Assembly: GCA_963826785.1 (NCBI GenBank)
Contig: CAWGYD010000001.1
Span: forward strand, 800,001-864,000
Source: an uncultured delta proteobacterium
GTDB lineage: Bacteria; Desulfobacterota; Desulfobacteria; Desulfobacterales; Desulfosalsimonadaceae
Direction: 5' to 3'
DNA length: 64,000 nt
Part shown: positions 39,823-51,407 of the stretch, one piece after another
Position numbering within the stretch: the first letter of the stretch is position 1
Layout of the letters: every line of letters begins with the position of its first letter
Translations under genes and position numbers: made by a program
Notes under the pieces: model-generated
Databases searched by the model: none
Told to the model about the DNA's origin: nothing
The model's input: only the letters and a program-made list of their open reading frames with translations

Positions 39823-40665
39823 ATGAAGATGCATACTTCTGAAGGGATCGGAATCATGGAGAAACCGCCGGAAAAGGATCCGGATGAGTTGGCGCGGCAA
39901 TCGCTGACCCGGATCAGGCATAAACTCCTTGTCATGAGCGGCAAGGGGGGCGTGGGAAAGACAAGCGTTTCGGTCAACCTGGCCATTGCCCTGGCCGGCA
40001 GGGGATACAAGGTCGGCCTGATGGACGTGGATGTTCACGGTCCCGATATCCCGCGGATGCTCGGCCTGAAAGGAATGATCGGCGGTGATGACAGTGGAAA
40101 GCTTCTCCCCTTGCATTATTCCGATCATTTATCCGCGATTTCAATTGAATCGCTCATGCCTGACAAGGATGCCGCCGTGATCTGGCGGGGACCGGTCAAG
40201 CATTCCCTCATCCGCCAGTTTATCGGGGATGTGGCGTGGGGAGATCTCGATTACCTGATCATCGATTCCCCGCCGGGAACGGGTGATGAACCGCTGACCG
40301 TCGCTCAGTTGGTCAAGGATGCGCAAGCCGTCATCGTCACCACTCCCCAGGAAGTCGCGTTGGCGGACGTCCGGAAATCGATCAATTTCTGCAAAAAGAT
40401 GGGAATGGTAATTTTCGGGCTGGTGGAAAACATGAGCGGCCTGACCTGCCCCCACTGCGGCAAAGTGGTCGAAATATTCGGGGCCGGAGGCGGCGAGCAT
40501 ACCGCGGCCGACGCGGCAATCCCGTTTCTCGGCCGCATTCCTTTCGATCCGAATATGGTCAATTGCGGTGATAACGGGATTTCCTATCAAGAACGGTATG
40601 GGGAATCGCCCGTTACCGCTGCATTTGCCAAAATAGCTGAAAATATAAGAGCAACCCTGAAATAA
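39823..40665 (+). CDS. mrp: Mrp/NBP35 (ApbC) Fe-S carrier ATPase
   Basis: SGKGGVGKT, DVHGP, IWRGP, DSPPGTGDE, ENMS...CPHC. Confidence 0.93.
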   Translation: MKMHTSEGIGIMEKPPEKDPDELARQSLTRIRHKLLVMSGKGGVGKTSVSVNLAIALAGRGYKVGLMDVDVHGPDIPRMLGLKGMIGGDDSGKLLPLHYSDHLSAISIESLMPDKDAAVIWRGPVKHSLIRQFIGDVAWGDLDYLIIDSPPGTGDEPLTVAQLVKDAQAVIVTTPQEVALADVRKSINFCKKMGMVIFGLVENMSGLTCPHCGKVVEIFGAGGGEHTAADAAIPFLGRIPFDPNMVNCGDNGISYQERYGESPVTAAFAKIAENIRATLK

Positions 40666-40688
40666 ACTTCAAAAAGTGACGGAAAGGA

Positions 40689-41039
40689 ATGAAAATGAAA
40701 AAAGTGGCGATTGTCGGATGCGGGGCTTACATGGAAAGCGGGTACGGGTGCCCCGGGGAATGGCGCTGTCTGAAAGCGGCCGCCCTGGGAGAAGGTAAAT
40801 TCGAGGACCCTTCTTCGGTTGTGGCGTTTGTCAAATGTGAATGCCCGGGCCGGGCACTTGCGCCGAACACGGGGATGGCGATGAAGCTTTCGGAAATGAA
40901 ACCGGATGCCATTTATTTGAGTTCCTGCTTGGTTAACGCAAAACCGGGATGCCCGTACGCCACTGCCGAGGAAATGGCAGAGATTCTCCAGAACAAGACC
41001 GGCGTTCCCGTTATCCTGGGAACGCATGAATATCACTGA
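40689..41039 (+). CDS. CGGC-domain-like Cys-rich protein
   Basis: IVGC, CPGEWRC, CECPG, LSSC, CPY, GTH. Confidence 0.75.
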   Translation: MKMKKVAIVGCGAYMESGYGCPGEWRCLKAAALGEGKFEDPSSVVAFVKCECPGRALAPNTGMAMKLSEMKPDAIYLSSCLVNAKPGCPYATAEEMAEILQNKTGVPVILGTHEYH

Positions 41040-41059
41040 AGGCAAAAAAGGAGAATCGG

Positions 41060-41905
41060 ATGATCATCAGTGTGGCCAGCGGTAAAGGCGGCACGGGAAA
41101 GACGACGATCGCCACCAACCTGGCCTTGTCTTGTGGAGGCGATGTCCAGTTTTTGGATTGCGATGTGGAAGAACCAAACGCGCATCTTTTTATCCGTCCA
41201 GATGTCCGGGAGATCATTGCCGTCAGCACGCCCGTTCCGGAGGTGGACATGGAAAAATGCACCCTCTGCGGGAAATGCAGTGAAATATGCCAATTTAATG
41301 CCATTGTGGTCCTCGGAGAAACTGTTTTGCCCTTCCCTGAACTCTGCCACAGCTGCGGCGGATGCATGTTGGTATGCCCGGAAAAAGCCATTTTGGAAAC
41401 AGGCAGGGAACTCGGTGTCATTGAGCGCGGCAGCCGCAACGGAATGGAATTCATCCACGGGAAACTGCGGATCGGCGAGGCGATGGCCCCGCCGCTCATC
41501 CGTAAAGTGCGGGAATACCAAAGGCCGGACATCCTGACGATCATCGATGCGCCGCCCGGCACCTCCTGCCCGGTGATCACCTCAATGCGGGGCGCGGATT
41601 TCGTGCTGTTGGTGACGGAGCCCACCCCGTTTGGCCTTCACGATCTGAAACTTGCGGTCGGGGCGGTCGAAATTCTCGGAATTCCTTGCGGACTGGTGAT
41701 CAACCGTTCCGATATGGGCGATGACCATGTCCGGGAGTATGCCGAATCGGAGGGTTTACCTATCCTGATGGAGATCCCGTTTGACCGGAAAATAGCGGAA
41801 GCCTATTCCAGGGGTGAAATGATTATCGACGCCATCAGCGGATGGAAGGAACGTTTTCTGGATCTGCACCGGCGCATCGAGAGTATCGTCACGCAGAAAT
41901 CGTAA
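41060..41905 (+). CDS. MinD/CobQ-like P-loop ATPase with inserted ferredoxin domain (ORP-associated)
   Basis: ASGKGGTGKTT, DCDVEEPN, CTLCGKCSEIC, CHSCGGCMLVCP, DAPPGTSC, VTEPTPFGLHDL. Confidence 0.92.
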   Translation: MIISVASGKGGTGKTTIATNLALSCGGDVQFLDCDVEEPNAHLFIRPDVREIIAVSTPVPEVDMEKCTLCGKCSEICQFNAIVVLGETVLPFPELCHSCGGCMLVCPEKAILETGRELGVIERGSRNGMEFIHGKLRIGEAMAPPLIRKVREYQRPDILTIIDAPPGTSCPVITSMRGADFVLLVTEPTPFGLHDLKLAVGAVEILGIPCGLVINRSDMGDDHVREYAESEGLPILMEIPFDRKIAEAYSRGEMIIDAISGWKERFLDLHRRIESIVTQKS

Positions 41906-42004
41906 CCGGGGAAACGACATAAAAGGCCATGAACACGGCTATGGTGCACTTGAAAAGAAACTGTCCGCTTTTTGGAAATTGGAAAAAAAGAACCCATAGC
42001 AGAT

Positions 42005-43084
42005 ATGAATACGGAAGAAGTCGATACCATCATCATCGGGGGCGGCCTCAGCGGGATTTATGCGGCCTCTCTGATGGCGGCAAGGAAGAAATCTATAGTT
42101 TTGCTTGAGGCCCGTTCCCGTGTCGGGGGAAGGATTTTGAGTTTGGAGCACCAGGGCTTTTTTGCTGATCTGGGACCATCCTGGTATTGGCCCATGGTCA
42201 ATCCAAAGGTAGCCGCGCTGATACAGGAACTGGGCATTAAAGGATATCCTCAGTTCGAAACAGGACTGGGTCGACTTCAGGCCAGGGATGGTCATGCCGA
42301 AACCATTGCAGGTTATCCGATGGATCCACCCGGATGGCGGCTTATCGGTGGAATGATCTCCCTTGTTAAGGGGCTTTGCGCTCGGATTCCCGAAGATATC
42401 ATTAGACTGAATCATCCGGTCAGCGAAATTGAACGGCTGGGCAATGGCGTCCGGGTCACAGTGGGGCGTCATGACCAGGAGCCCAAATGCCGGCTGAAGG
42501 CATCCAGAATCATTCTTGCCATGCCGCCCCGGCTTGCGGCTCGCTCCATTTTGTTTACACCTGATTTATCCTACGATCTTATCCAGGCAATGTTAAAATC
42601 GAGCACCTGGATGGCAGGACATGCAAAGTTCTTTGCCCTTTATGATAAGGCGGATTGGCGAAAAATGGGCCTTTCCGGGCAGGGGTTCAGCATGTGCGGC
42701 CCCCTGGCGGAGATCCATGACGGATCCAGTGAAGCAAACAGCCCCTATGGGCTGACCGGATTTGTCGGCATCCCGGCTTTGCGGCGTAACAATAGAAAAG
42801 ACATGATCCAGTCCATCCTCAATCAGCTCACCCTTCTTTACGGATATGGGGCGGGACAGCCGATCCAAATTTATTATCAGGATTGGGCAAAAGAAGAATT
42901 TACAGCCACCGAATATGACCAGCGGTCTGCCCACAATCACCCGGAGTTCTGCCCGCCTTCCGGGAAAACGAGCATCTGGGGCGGCATGTTTCACTTTGCC
43001 GGCACTGAAACCGCGGACCATTTCGGCGGTTACCTCGAAGGCGCATTATCCAGCGCTGAACGCGCATCTTCTTTTTCTTTGTAA
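42005..43084 (+). CDS. Flavin monoamine oxidase family protein
   Basis: IIGGGLSG, EARSRVGGR, DLGPSWYW, TWMAGHAK, FAGTET...GYLEGA. Confidence 0.9.
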   Translation: MNTEEVDTIIIGGGLSGIYAASLMAARKKSIVLLEARSRVGGRILSLEHQGFFADLGPSWYWPMVNPKVAALIQELGIKGYPQFETGLGRLQARDGHAETIAGYPMDPPGWRLIGGMISLVKGLCARIPEDIIRLNHPVSEIERLGNGVRVTVGRHDQEPKCRLKASRIILAMPPRLAARSILFTPDLSYDLIQAMLKSSTWMAGHAKFFALYDKADWRKMGLSGQGFSMCGPLAEIHDGSSEANSPYGLTGFVGIPALRRNNRKDMIQSILNQLTLLYGYGAGQPIQIYYQDWAKEEFTATEYDQRSAHNHPEFCPPSGKTSIWGGMFHFAGTETADHFGGYLEGALSSAERASSFSL

Positions 43085-43095
43085 TGTCATTCGGA

Positions 43096-45621
43096 TCAGC
43101 TGCGCTTTTCCAGAATTTCCCGGACCTTTTTCGCGAATGCTTTGACGGAAAACGGTTTCTGAATAAAGTTTACCCCTTTATTCAGTACGCCGTGTTGGGC
43201 GATGGCCTCGGCGGTATATCCGGACATGAACAGGTGCCGGATTCCCTGCTGTAGCGGCAAAATGGCCGCTATCAGTTCCCTGCCGTTCATCTCCGGCATG
43301 ACAACATCTGTGATCAGCAGATGAATCGGGCTCGTATGGCGTTCGGCAATGACGATCGCCTCGGAGGGCTTCTGGGTGGCAAGGACGGTATAGCCATATT
43401 TTTTCAGGATATTGACCGTCAATTTCAAGATTGAGCCTTCATCCTCCACCAGCAGTATCGTCTCAGTGCCGTTTAAGTGGTTCTCTTCCGGCTTTTCAGT
43501 TTGCGCAGCGGTTTGCCCGTCTGCCCGCGGCAGGTAAATCTTTGCAGTGGTCCCTTTTCCGGATTCGCTGTAAACATAGATGAACCCGTTGTTTTGCTTG
43601 ACCACGCCGTAAACCGTGGATAGTCCCAGACCGGTTCCTTTGCCCACCTCTTTTGTCGTGAAAAAAGGTTCGAATATGTGTTCGATGATACCTCTGTCCA
43701 TCCCCGACCCGGTGTCACTCACTGCGATCATGGCATAATCGCCCGGGACAAGGCCCGCGTGCGATTTGCAGTGAATCTGGTCGAATGAGATATTTGTCGT
43801 TTCGATAATCACCCGGCCTACCCCGGCAATTGCATCTTTCGCATTGACCAGGAGGTTGGCCAGGATCTGGTCCACCTGGGCCGGATCAATTTTCACCGGC
43901 CAGAGATTTACCCCTGGTTTCCACGCCAGCTCGATGCCTTCTCCGATAATTCGCCTGAGCATCTTGAGCATACCGGAAATGGTATCATTGATATCCAGTA
44001 CTACGGGATTGATGGCCTGCCGGCGGGCAAACGCCAGAAGCTGACGGGTGAGGTCCGCAGAGCGCCTTGCGGCTTTCTGGATTTCCAGCAGGTCCTCATA
44101 GATCGGATCAGCTTGATTCGCCTGGTCTATCGCCATTTCAGCATGTCCGATGATGACCCCGAGCATGTTGTTGAAATCGTGCGCCACGCCTCCGGCCAGC
44201 CGGCCCACGGATTCCATTTTCTGGGCCTGGGACAATTTCGCCTCAAGAAGTTTGCGATCCGTAATGTCTTTGGTGATATTAAAAAAATGCGGTGCCCCAT
44301 CCAAATCGATAATGGACAATGACATCAAGCCGTCGATGATTTCTCCGTTTTTCAGGCGGAAGCGAGATTCAAAATTTTTTACTGAGCCTTCTGTTTTCAC
44401 TTTTTCAATGACCATTTCCCGGTCCCGGGGATTCTCCCAGATATTGATATCAAGGGCCGTTTTGGCGATGAGATCTTCTTCAGTGTACCCGGTCACATTA
44501 TAAAATTCCTGGTTTGCCATTACCATCATGCCGTCGCTGCACCTGGTGATGGCAACCGGGTCGGGATTGGTCATGAAGACTTTTCTAAATTTTTCTTTAC
44601 TTGATCGAAGTGCCATCTCAACCCGCTTGCGCTCGGAAACATCCCGGGTCAGGGCGAGGATGCTTTCGGGTTTGCCCTCGGCATCCCGGATAAAAGAGAA
44701 CGTGTTTTCCAGCCAGACGACTGAGCCGTCCTTTTTGTATTCCTGCAGTTCCAGGACACGTGACCGGTTCGGGTCTGCTGTTCCCGATGCCTCCAGTCGC
44801 ATCTCTTCATCAAACACTTCGTAAATGATCCGGAGCGACTCCGGGGTCATGATCTGATCCAGAGTCTGCTCCATGGCCTCTTCAGCAGTGTACCCGCGTA
44901 CCCTGTAGATGGAGGGGCTGACATAGGTGAATCGAAGATTCATGTCGACTACGCTGATGACATTGGCCATGTGGTCCGCGATCAGCCGGTATTTTTCCTC
45001 TGATTTTTGCAGATCTTCCAGCAGCGCATCTTTTTGGGCGATAATTTCACTCAGCTGGGACCGGCTCTGGGCCAGAGATGAAATCAATCCGGCAAAACCG
45101 GCGTAGAATGTCTTGGCTTTTTCAATGGTTTCGCGTCCCCATCGCGGGACCTTTTCGAGAGCTGAAAGATACTCGTTTTCATCAAAACCATACTGCTGGG
45201 CAGCCTTGCGAAAAAATTCGGTATCCGGCGGATCCTCTTTCAGAAAGAACTGCCCGATAAACAGGGTTCCCACTTGCCGATTTTCCACAATGACGGGCGT
45301 GACCATATCCCACATGTGATTCCTGCAGCGATAGGATTTGAATTTTCCGGGCTCCAAATCAATTGTCAGCTGCGTGTCGCTCTCTATGCACTTTTTTCGG
45401 GTTTCAGGATGAATCCTGTGGAATTTTGAACAGATTTCCTGCCACCCGACAGACGCCAGAATATTGCCGGACAGGTCGAGAATGGCCCCCCCGATGCGGG
45501 TGAACTGGTAAAAGTCCTCAATCATTGTCTGCAATGTTTCCGCATCGATTATATCTGAAAGGTTGAGCGGCGGGTCTTGCAGGCGGTCTGCCGTGTCTTT
45601 CATTCTGTTTGATTTACTCAT
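43096..45621 (-). CDS. Hybrid histidine kinase (PocR-PAS-PAS-HK-REC)
   Basis: PocR motifs ([23 protein letters not shown]), AHDFNN, GTGLGL, C-terminal receiver. Confidence 0.92.
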   Translation of the reverse strand: MSKSNRMKDTADRLQDPPLNLSDIIDAETLQTMIEDFYQFTRIGGAILDLSGNILASVGWQEICSKFHRIHPETRKKCIESDTQLTIDLEPGKFKSYRCRNHMWDMVTPVIVENRQVGTLFIGQFFLKEDPPDTEFFRKAAQQYGFDENEYLSALEKVPRWGRETIEKAKTFYAGFAGLISSLAQSRSQLSEIIAQKDALLEDLQKSEEKYRLIADHMANVISVVDMNLRFTYVSPSIYRVRGYTAEEAMEQTLDQIMTPESLRIIYEVFDEEMRLEASGTADPNRSRVLELQEYKKDGSVVWLENTFSFIRDAEGKPESILALTRDVSERKRVEMALRSSKEKFRKVFMTNPDPVAITRCSDGMMVMANQEFYNVTGYTEEDLIAKTALDINIWENPRDREMVIEKVKTEGSVKNFESRFRLKNGEIIDGLMSLSIIDLDGAPHFFNITKDITDRKLLEAKLSQAQKMESVGRLAGGVAHDFNNMLGVIIGHAEMAIDQANQADPIYEDLLEIQKAARRSADLTRQLLAFARRQAINPVVLDINDTISGMLKMLRRIIGEGIELAWKPGVNLWPVKIDPAQVDQILANLLVNAKDAIAGVGRVIIETTNISFDQIHCKSHAGLVPGDYAMIAVSDTGSGMDRGIIEHIFEPFFTTKEVGKGTGLGLSTVYGVVKQNNGFIYVYSESGKGTTAKIYLPRADGQTAAQTEKPEENHLNGTETILLVEDEGSILKLTVNILKKYGYTVLATQKPSEAIVIAERHTSPIHLLITDVVMPEMNGRELIAAILPLQQGIRHLFMSGYTAEAIAQHGVLNKGVNFIQKPFSVKAFAKKVREILEKRS

Positions 45622-45623
45622 TC

Positions 45624-48600
45624 TCAGGCCTCGATTACCTCCCGGACTTTGATCAGCAGCGTTTTTACGGAAAACGGCTTTTGAAGAAAATTAACCCCTT
45701 CATCCAGTACGCCATGGTGGACGATAGTGTTTGCCGTATATCCGGACATGAAAAGATGCTTCAATTCCGGATATAGTGGCATAAGCGCATCCAGCAATTC
45801 TCTGCCATCCATTTCCGGCATCACCACATCCGTGACCAGCAGGTGAATATGCTCCGGGCTGCTTTTGGCCAGGACCATCGCCTCGCTCGGTTTCCGGGCC
45901 GCAAATACCGTGTACCCATGATTTTCCAGAATAGATTTTGCCATATTCAATATGGCCTCCTCGTCTTCCACCAGCAGGATGGTTTCTGTACCGTTCAGTT
46001 GTGAGGCAACCGATCTTTTCGTTGCTGTTTTGACGGGTTGTCCTGCTCCGGGCAGATATATTTTGAAAACAGTCCCTTGTCCGGGTTCGCTGTAGACATT
46101 GATAAACCCGTTGTTCTGTTTGACAATGCCGTACACCGTGGCAAGTCCGAGTCCGGTCCCTTGTCCCACATCCTTAGTAGTATAAAATGGCTCAAAAATG
46201 ATGTCCCTCATTTCCTTGGGAATGCCCGAACCGGTGTCGCTCACTGCCATCATGACATATTTGCCCGGGATGAAGCCGTTATGCGATTCACAGTAGATTT
46301 CGTCAAAAACCACTTTTTCCGTTTCAATGGTCACAGAGCCGACGCCTTTAATGGCATCTTTTGCATTGACCAGGAGATTGGCCAGGATCTGATCGACTTG
46401 AGACGGATCAATTTTCACCGGCCAGGGTTCCGGACATGGCAGCCACACCAGTTCGATGTCTTCTCCGATCATCCGTCTCAGCATTTTCAGCATGCTCGAA
46501 ATCGTCTCATTAATATCAAGAAGAACAGGCAGAGCGACCTGTTTTCGGGCAAACCCTAGAAGCTGCCGGGTCAGAAGCGCTGAGCGCTGGGCGGCATTTA
46601 AGACTTCCTGCAGTTCCCCGATGATGGGTCGGGTCAGATCCCTGCGCTCCAGCATCATTTCGGTATGCCCGATGATAACGCCCAGCATGTTGTTGAAGTC
46701 ATGGGCAATTCCGCCGGCCAGCCGGCCCACGGATTCCATTTTCTGGGCATGCCGGAACTGCTCCTGAAGCACCCGCTGATCGGTGATGTCCCGGGCGGAG
46801 GACAATCCACCGACCGGTTCTCCGTTTTCATTTTTCAGCACCTTGCACCACCAGGCCAGAAGCCTTTTCTTCCCATCTTTCCGGCGCTGCCAGCTCTCCA
46901 AATGGATCACCTCCTCCTTGACGTCAAACAACGGCTGCGCCCGGTCATAGGTGTCCTGTTCCCCCTCGAAATAGAACGCGGCTTCCCTGCCGATGACATC
47001 ATCACCGAAAAAGGCATAGCCGGCCGGGTTCGCCCAGGTATAGACCTTGTTGATATCCACTTCCATGACAATATCGGGAATGGCGGACAAGAGCGCTGCC
47101 TGGCGGCTGGTTAAGTTACGGAGCGTCTCTTCCGCCCGCTTTTGGCCCACAATCTCCCAGGTGGCATCTGCAAGATGGGAGATGATTTCGATATCCTTTT
47201 CAGTGTAATCCTCGGGCTTGTTGCCCACCCCCAGGATGGCAACGACGAGATCGTCCCTGATAATGGGGACCACAAGCTCCCGCACGACGGTGGCGTGTCC
47301 CTCGGGCATCCCCTTTTTGTGCAAAAGGATATTATGATCGTTGTGGATGACCGGCCTGCGCGCATGAACGCAATCCACCCACACGCCGGCATTGTCGATG
47401 TCGTAATGCAACCCTTTGCCCTCGGCCTTGCAGAATTCATTCAGTGTGCGGGTGGACCAGGTCTGAAGCGAAATGGTTTTTTGGTCGGGTTCGAGAAAAT
47501 GATAGAATCCGATGGGGCTGCGGGTCATGGAACCCAGTTCATCCAGTGTTTTCTGCAGCAGTTCCCCGAGAGAGTGGTCATTGGCATATTCCAGCAGGCA
47601 GAGTCTTGCATGGATCAGGTTTTCGATTTCACGCTCGCGAACCTGATCCCGGAATACCAGCACCACACCGGCAATCTCACCCTCGGCGTCCCGGATGGGG
47701 GCGCCGCTGTCCGTGATCGGGATCTCGTCTCCTGCTTTTGTGACCAAAAGGGTATGATTGGCCAGGCCCACCACCCGCCCGCTCTTCAATACTTTTTGGA
47801 TCGGGTTTTCCGCCATTTCCCGCGTCTTTTCGCTGATAATGCTGAAAACCGATTCGATGGGGTTCCCCTGCGCGTCCTTTTCCGTCCATCCCGTCAGCTG
47901 CTCGGCGATCGGGTTGATCCGGCGCACCCGCCCCTGAACATCCGTGGTGATCACTGCATCGCCAATGCTGTATAATGTTGTCTTGAATTCCTCATGGGTC
48001 TCGACGCGCTCCTTCTCGGCGGCATAAAGTGCCTCGAATGTCCTTTTTCCCCTGTGCTTGTAGTAGAAAGAGAGACCGGCACCCGACAGAAGAATCAGCA
48101 TGAGGGTGAGAAACCCGATCAGATAGGTCTCCCGGCGAACGTCCGCAAAGATCTCATCTGAATCGATTTTACAGATCATGCACCAGGAGGCGCCCGGAAT
48201 GCTGCGGATATCGGTCAGCACGGCCACGTCCCGGTAATCCCTGCCTTCAAACAGCCCGGTTTGCCCCATTACCGCGCGGGTGGCGGGAAGGTCGGATGCC
48301 GACACCGGCTTTGTCAGGGAAAGGGGCGGTTCGGATCGATGGCGAAGGCGGTTCAAGAACAGCACGTTGTTGCCTTCTTTTCGCACCAGGAGGGATTCTC
48401 CGCTCCTGCTGGGCAGGGGCCAGGATTGAATCATCGGGTAAAGAAACGTTTCCGGGTTCACCCGCAGGATGAGAACGGCCAGCGGACGGTTTTGATCATC
48501 CATAATCGGCGCGGCCACATCCAGATGCACCTGGCCGCAGACCGGGCAGCGGAAGAAATCACCGAAGAAAGCATCATCGGAAGATACGGCAAAATGAACC

Positions 48601-49046
48601 AGCTCGAGGGACTGGGGCTCAAGTTTGGTCAGGCGGGGATCCAGGGAGAGCAGAATGCGGCCGTCAGGGCCGGCCAGCATTATATTTTCATAGTCATACA
48701 TGTCCTGCAGCATGCTGAGGCCAGTCCGCATATCCGCGCGCAGGGCCGAATCATTCGGATGAAGGATGAACTGGTGGACCGCATCGCGAACAAAAGGGGA
48801 GGCGGAATGAAGCCTTGCATCGGAGATGCGCTCTTTTCTCCATGAGATGATCTGATCGCTTTTCAGATCTGCAATGGCTTTCAGGTCGTGATATTTTTCA
48901 TCCCTGATGAGGTCGGTTTCATGTTTCTGGAATAGATATCCGGCTGCGATAAATGCAATGGCAACCACGGCAAACAGCAGCATCAACCACCGTTTGGAAT
49001 CGCCATCGTTTTCCGGTGGTGCCCGGTTTTCGCTGGTCATATCCAA
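45624..49046 (-). CDS. Membrane hybrid histidine kinase (Cache-PAS-GAF-PAS-HK-REC)
   Basis: Two TM helices flanking a periplasmic domain, SIGDAVITTD PAS, GAF, AHDFNN, receiver. Confidence 0.92.
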   Translation of the reverse strand: MDMTSENRAPPENDGDSKRWLMLLFAVVAIAFIAAGYLFQKHETDLIRDEKYHDLKAIADLKSDQIISWRKERISDARLHSASPFVRDAVHQFILHPNDSALRADMRTGLSMLQDMYDYENIMLAGPDGRILLSLDPRLTKLEPQSLELVHFAVSSDDAFFGDFFRCPVCGQVHLDVAAPIMDDQNRPLAVLILRVNPETFLYPMIQSWPLPSRSGESLLVRKEGNNVLFLNRLRHRSEPPLSLTKPVSASDLPATRAVMGQTGLFEGRDYRDVAVLTDIRSIPGASWCMICKIDSDEIFADVRRETYLIGFLTLMLILLSGAGLSFYYKHRGKRTFEALYAAEKERVETHEEFKTTLYSIGDAVITTDVQGRVRRINPIAEQLTGWTEKDAQGNPIESVFSIISEKTREMAENPIQKVLKSGRVVGLANHTLLVTKAGDEIPITDSGAPIRDAEGEIAGVVLVFRDQVREREIENLIHARLCLLEYANDHSLGELLQKTLDELGSMTRSPIGFYHFLEPDQKTISLQTWSTRTLNEFCKAEGKGLHYDIDNAGVWVDCVHARRPVIHNDHNILLHKKGMPEGHATVVRELVVPIIRDDLVVAILGVGNKPEDYTEKDIEIISHLADATWEIVGQKRAEETLRNLTSRQAALLSAIPDIVMEVDINKVYTWANPAGYAFFGDDVIGREAAFYFEGEQDTYDRAQPLFDVKEEVIHLESWQRRKDGKKRLLAWWCKVLKNENGEPVGGLSSARDITDQRVLQEQFRHAQKMESVGRLAGGIAHDFNNMLGVIIGHTEMMLERRDLTRPIIGELQEVLNAAQRSALLTRQLLGFARKQVALPVLLDINETISSMLKMLRRMIGEDIELVWLPCPEPWPVKIDPSQVDQILANLLVNAKDAIKGVGSVTIETEKVVFDEIYCESHNGFIPGKYVMMAVSDTGSGIPKEMRDIIFEPFYTTKDVGQGTGLGLATVYGIVKQNNGFINVYSEPGQGTVFKIYLPGAGQPVKTATKRSVASQLNGTETILLVEDEEAILNMAKSILENHGYTVFAARKPSEAMVLAKSSPEHIHLLVTDVVMPEMDGRELLDALMPLYPELKHLFMSGYTANTIVHHGVLDEGVNFLQKPFSVKTLLIKVREVIEA

Positions 49047-49451
49047 ATCTCTCCTAAGGGTAAACTTTAAATTTTATTATATATTTTTAATACAACTTAA
49101 GATTGGACAAAGTCAACGGGATAAAAAATAGTGAGGAGAAGCTGTCATCTTCTTCGTTACAAATATCACGATTCGGATATGTTTGGTTACCCAAGCCGAA
49201 CGACGAGACTGATGCGCCAATATACATCGGTGACCCACCTTACAGTCGGCAAGAGATGCCGCTATCGAAAAGGTCTGAGAAAGAATATCTGAAAAATCTC
49301 ATTTCTCACACCAATGGTGATTTTGAACCAGCCATTAATATCTTCTGGCCTTTGCCAGTCTCACTTATATCACCTGCACAAAAAATATGGCATCAAGCAT
49401 CGATAAATTTAACCTGCGACCAGCAATCCTCAGATCTAAACATTGTTAATG

Positions 49452-49600
49452 TTTCCTTCCATATAAGAATTTTCCTGTTTAAAAGGAAAATTCCTCCCGA
49501 AAAATGTTTTTGAGGCTTGAACCGTGTTCTCTTATTTGTGATAAGTTATTTAATTTATTCTAATTACACTGAAATAAATTGGTTTGGCACAGGTTTTGTA
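49452..49600 (+). promoter_or_regulatory. Sigma54 promoter module A (upstream box plus TGGCAC-AGGTT-TTGTA)
   Basis: -24/-12 at 49585-49600; upstream block shared with module B. Confidence 0.62.
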
Positions 49601-49676
49601 AGTTTGTCCTTCAATCCATAGAATATCCTTTTGAAGCAGCAGCCGAACTTCATTGTACTTGGGACGGGAGAATTTT

Positions 49677-51407
49677 GTGAAAACCACTTTTGCCAGAAAA
49701 AAAATGATTTTTCTGATTCGCCTGCTAGTGATCGTCACCACTGCTTATTTCATTCTTTTCACCCCTTCCAGCAACCAAATGCAATTTTGGGGCTATATCT
49801 TTATAGGGGTTTATGTATCAACCAACTGTTTGGTCGCGCTACTTCCCAATCGTCTTTTTTACCAGGATAAATTATTTTACACGCTTATTCTCTGCGATAG
49901 CATTATGTTACCGGCAGGAATTTACCTTTCCGGGTATGTCGGGTCCGACTTATACCTGATGTATTTTTTCATTATCTCACTGACCACAATGGGGGCTCGC
50001 TTTGAGTATTTAATGCTCAATACCATCATTTTTTCGATTATTTATGGATCAATTCTATACCAAAACGGGATGCTGGCGGGTTTGTCTGCCGTTAGTTACG
50101 GCCTAAGGATACCATTTATCATTTCAATCACCACATTTTACGGCTTTCTCGTTACTACCCGGATAAAGGATAAGGAAGACAAGATTCGTGAAATACAAGA
50201 AAGATATGAGCAGATCGTCCAGGCGACTGATGTGTTGATCTGCATTGTCGACGATAGAGCCAGACTGATCTTTGCCAATCAAAAATTCGTCACCATGTAC
50301 AGCAGGGTAGAAGATAATAAAATTCTCGGAAAATTCTTCTCTGACTTTCATTCACCCGGGGATTCAAAAGATACAATAGACTATATTCATGCGGTGTATC
50401 AAACAAACAAACAGGTTCAGTATGAAGCTTACGATCCATCAAATCAAAGATGGTTTTCAAATACGCTTAGTCCTGTAAGAAATCCCAATGATCGAAACGT
50501 TTATGCAGTCAGTATTATATCGAAAGATATTACAGAACGGATTAAAAGAGAAAAGCAGCTCAATGATACCATCATACTGCTCAGACGGACCCGGGATCAG
50601 CTGATTCAAAAGGATAAAATGGCTGCACTCGGCCGTATGGCCTCCGGCATTGCGCATGAAATCAGGAATCCATTGGAAATCATTTCCATGGGAATGGATT
50701 ATATCGACTATAACATTCCGAATGATAACGTTATGCTTCGGCAATCCATAGAAAAAATCTATAATGCGATAACCCGCGCCAATAACATTATCAGAGATGT
50801 TCTATCTTTTTCTCGAAAATCAATTGTAAAAATATCAAATATCCCACTTATTCCCCTGCTGGACAACACGCTTTCTCTTACCAAGCATAACCTGCGGAAA
50901 ACCGGAATCACTCTCAAGCGCGAATACGCATCTGAAACAATGGAAGTCGCAGCGGATCACAATATGCTGCAGCAGGTATTTTTGAACCTGATCAACAATG
51001 CCGTTGATGCAATGCAAAACCGGGCAGAAAAACAATTAACGATTCGCGTTTACAAACAGAAAGTATATCAGATCGACTATAAGGCCGGCCGCCGGCGATC
51101 CGATTTCTTTAAAATTGGGGATGAAATTGTGGTGGTGGAAATTTCAGACACCGGAAGAGGGATACCTAAAAGCGAACTTCCCAAAATTTTTGAACCATTC
51201 TTTACGACTAAATCTACCAGTGGGGGCACAGGATTAGGCCTCAGCCTCTGTCATATGATCATTGACAGATTAAAGGGCGTTATTGATGTCGAGAGCAGTT
51301 TAGAAAAGGGGAGTACCTTTTCTGTAAAGATTCTGCCTGCAACTAAAAAACCAAAGATCAGAACAGGAATTGAAAATGCAGCCCAAATGGAAAATCGTCT
51401 TAATTGA
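49677..51407 (+). CDS. Membrane PAS sensor histidine kinase
   Basis: Multi-TM N-terminus, PAS, IAHEIRNPL, NLINNA, DTGRG, GTGLGL. Start GTG 49677 or ATG 49704. Confidence 0.9.
   Translation: MKTTFARKKMIFLIRLLVIVTTAYFILFTPSSNQMQFWGYIFIGVYVSTNCLVALLPNRLFYQDKLFYTLILCDSIMLPAGIYLSGYVGSDLYLMYFFIISLTTMGARFEYLMLNTIIFSIIYGSILYQNGMLAGLSAVSYGLRIPFIISITTFYGFLVTTRIKDKEDKIREIQERYEQIVQATDVLICIVDDRARLIFANQKFVTMYSRVEDNKILGKFFSDFHSPGDSKDTIDYIHAVYQTNKQVQYEAYDPSNQRWFSNTLSPVRNPNDRNVYAVSIISKDITERIKREKQLNDTIILLRRTRDQLIQKDKMAALGRMASGIAHEIRNPLEIISMGMDYIDYNIPNDNVMLRQSIEKIYNAITRANNIIRDVLSFSRKSIVKISNIPLIPLLDNTLSLTKHNLRKTGITLKREYASETMEVAADHNMLQQVFLNLINNAVDAMQNRAEKQLTIRVYKQKVYQIDYKAGRRRSDFFKIGDEIVVVEISDTGRGIPKSELPKIFEPFFTTKSTSGGTGLGLSLCHMIIDRLKGVIDVESSLEKGSTFSVKILPATKKPKIRTGIENAAQMENRLN

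Noticed and set aside
43096..46760. DNA similarity between the two hybrid kinases
   Set aside because: Ordinary paralogy of HK-REC modules, not a repeat element.
48526..48555. CPVCGQVH in the kinase periplasmic domain as a heme c site
   Set aside because: Spacing is CxxCxxxH, not CxxCH; it may be a disulfide or metal site but that is unsupported.
49103..49513. 136-aa ORF in the divergent intergenic region
   Set aside because: No RBS or motif, and it overlaps promoter module A; probably non-coding.
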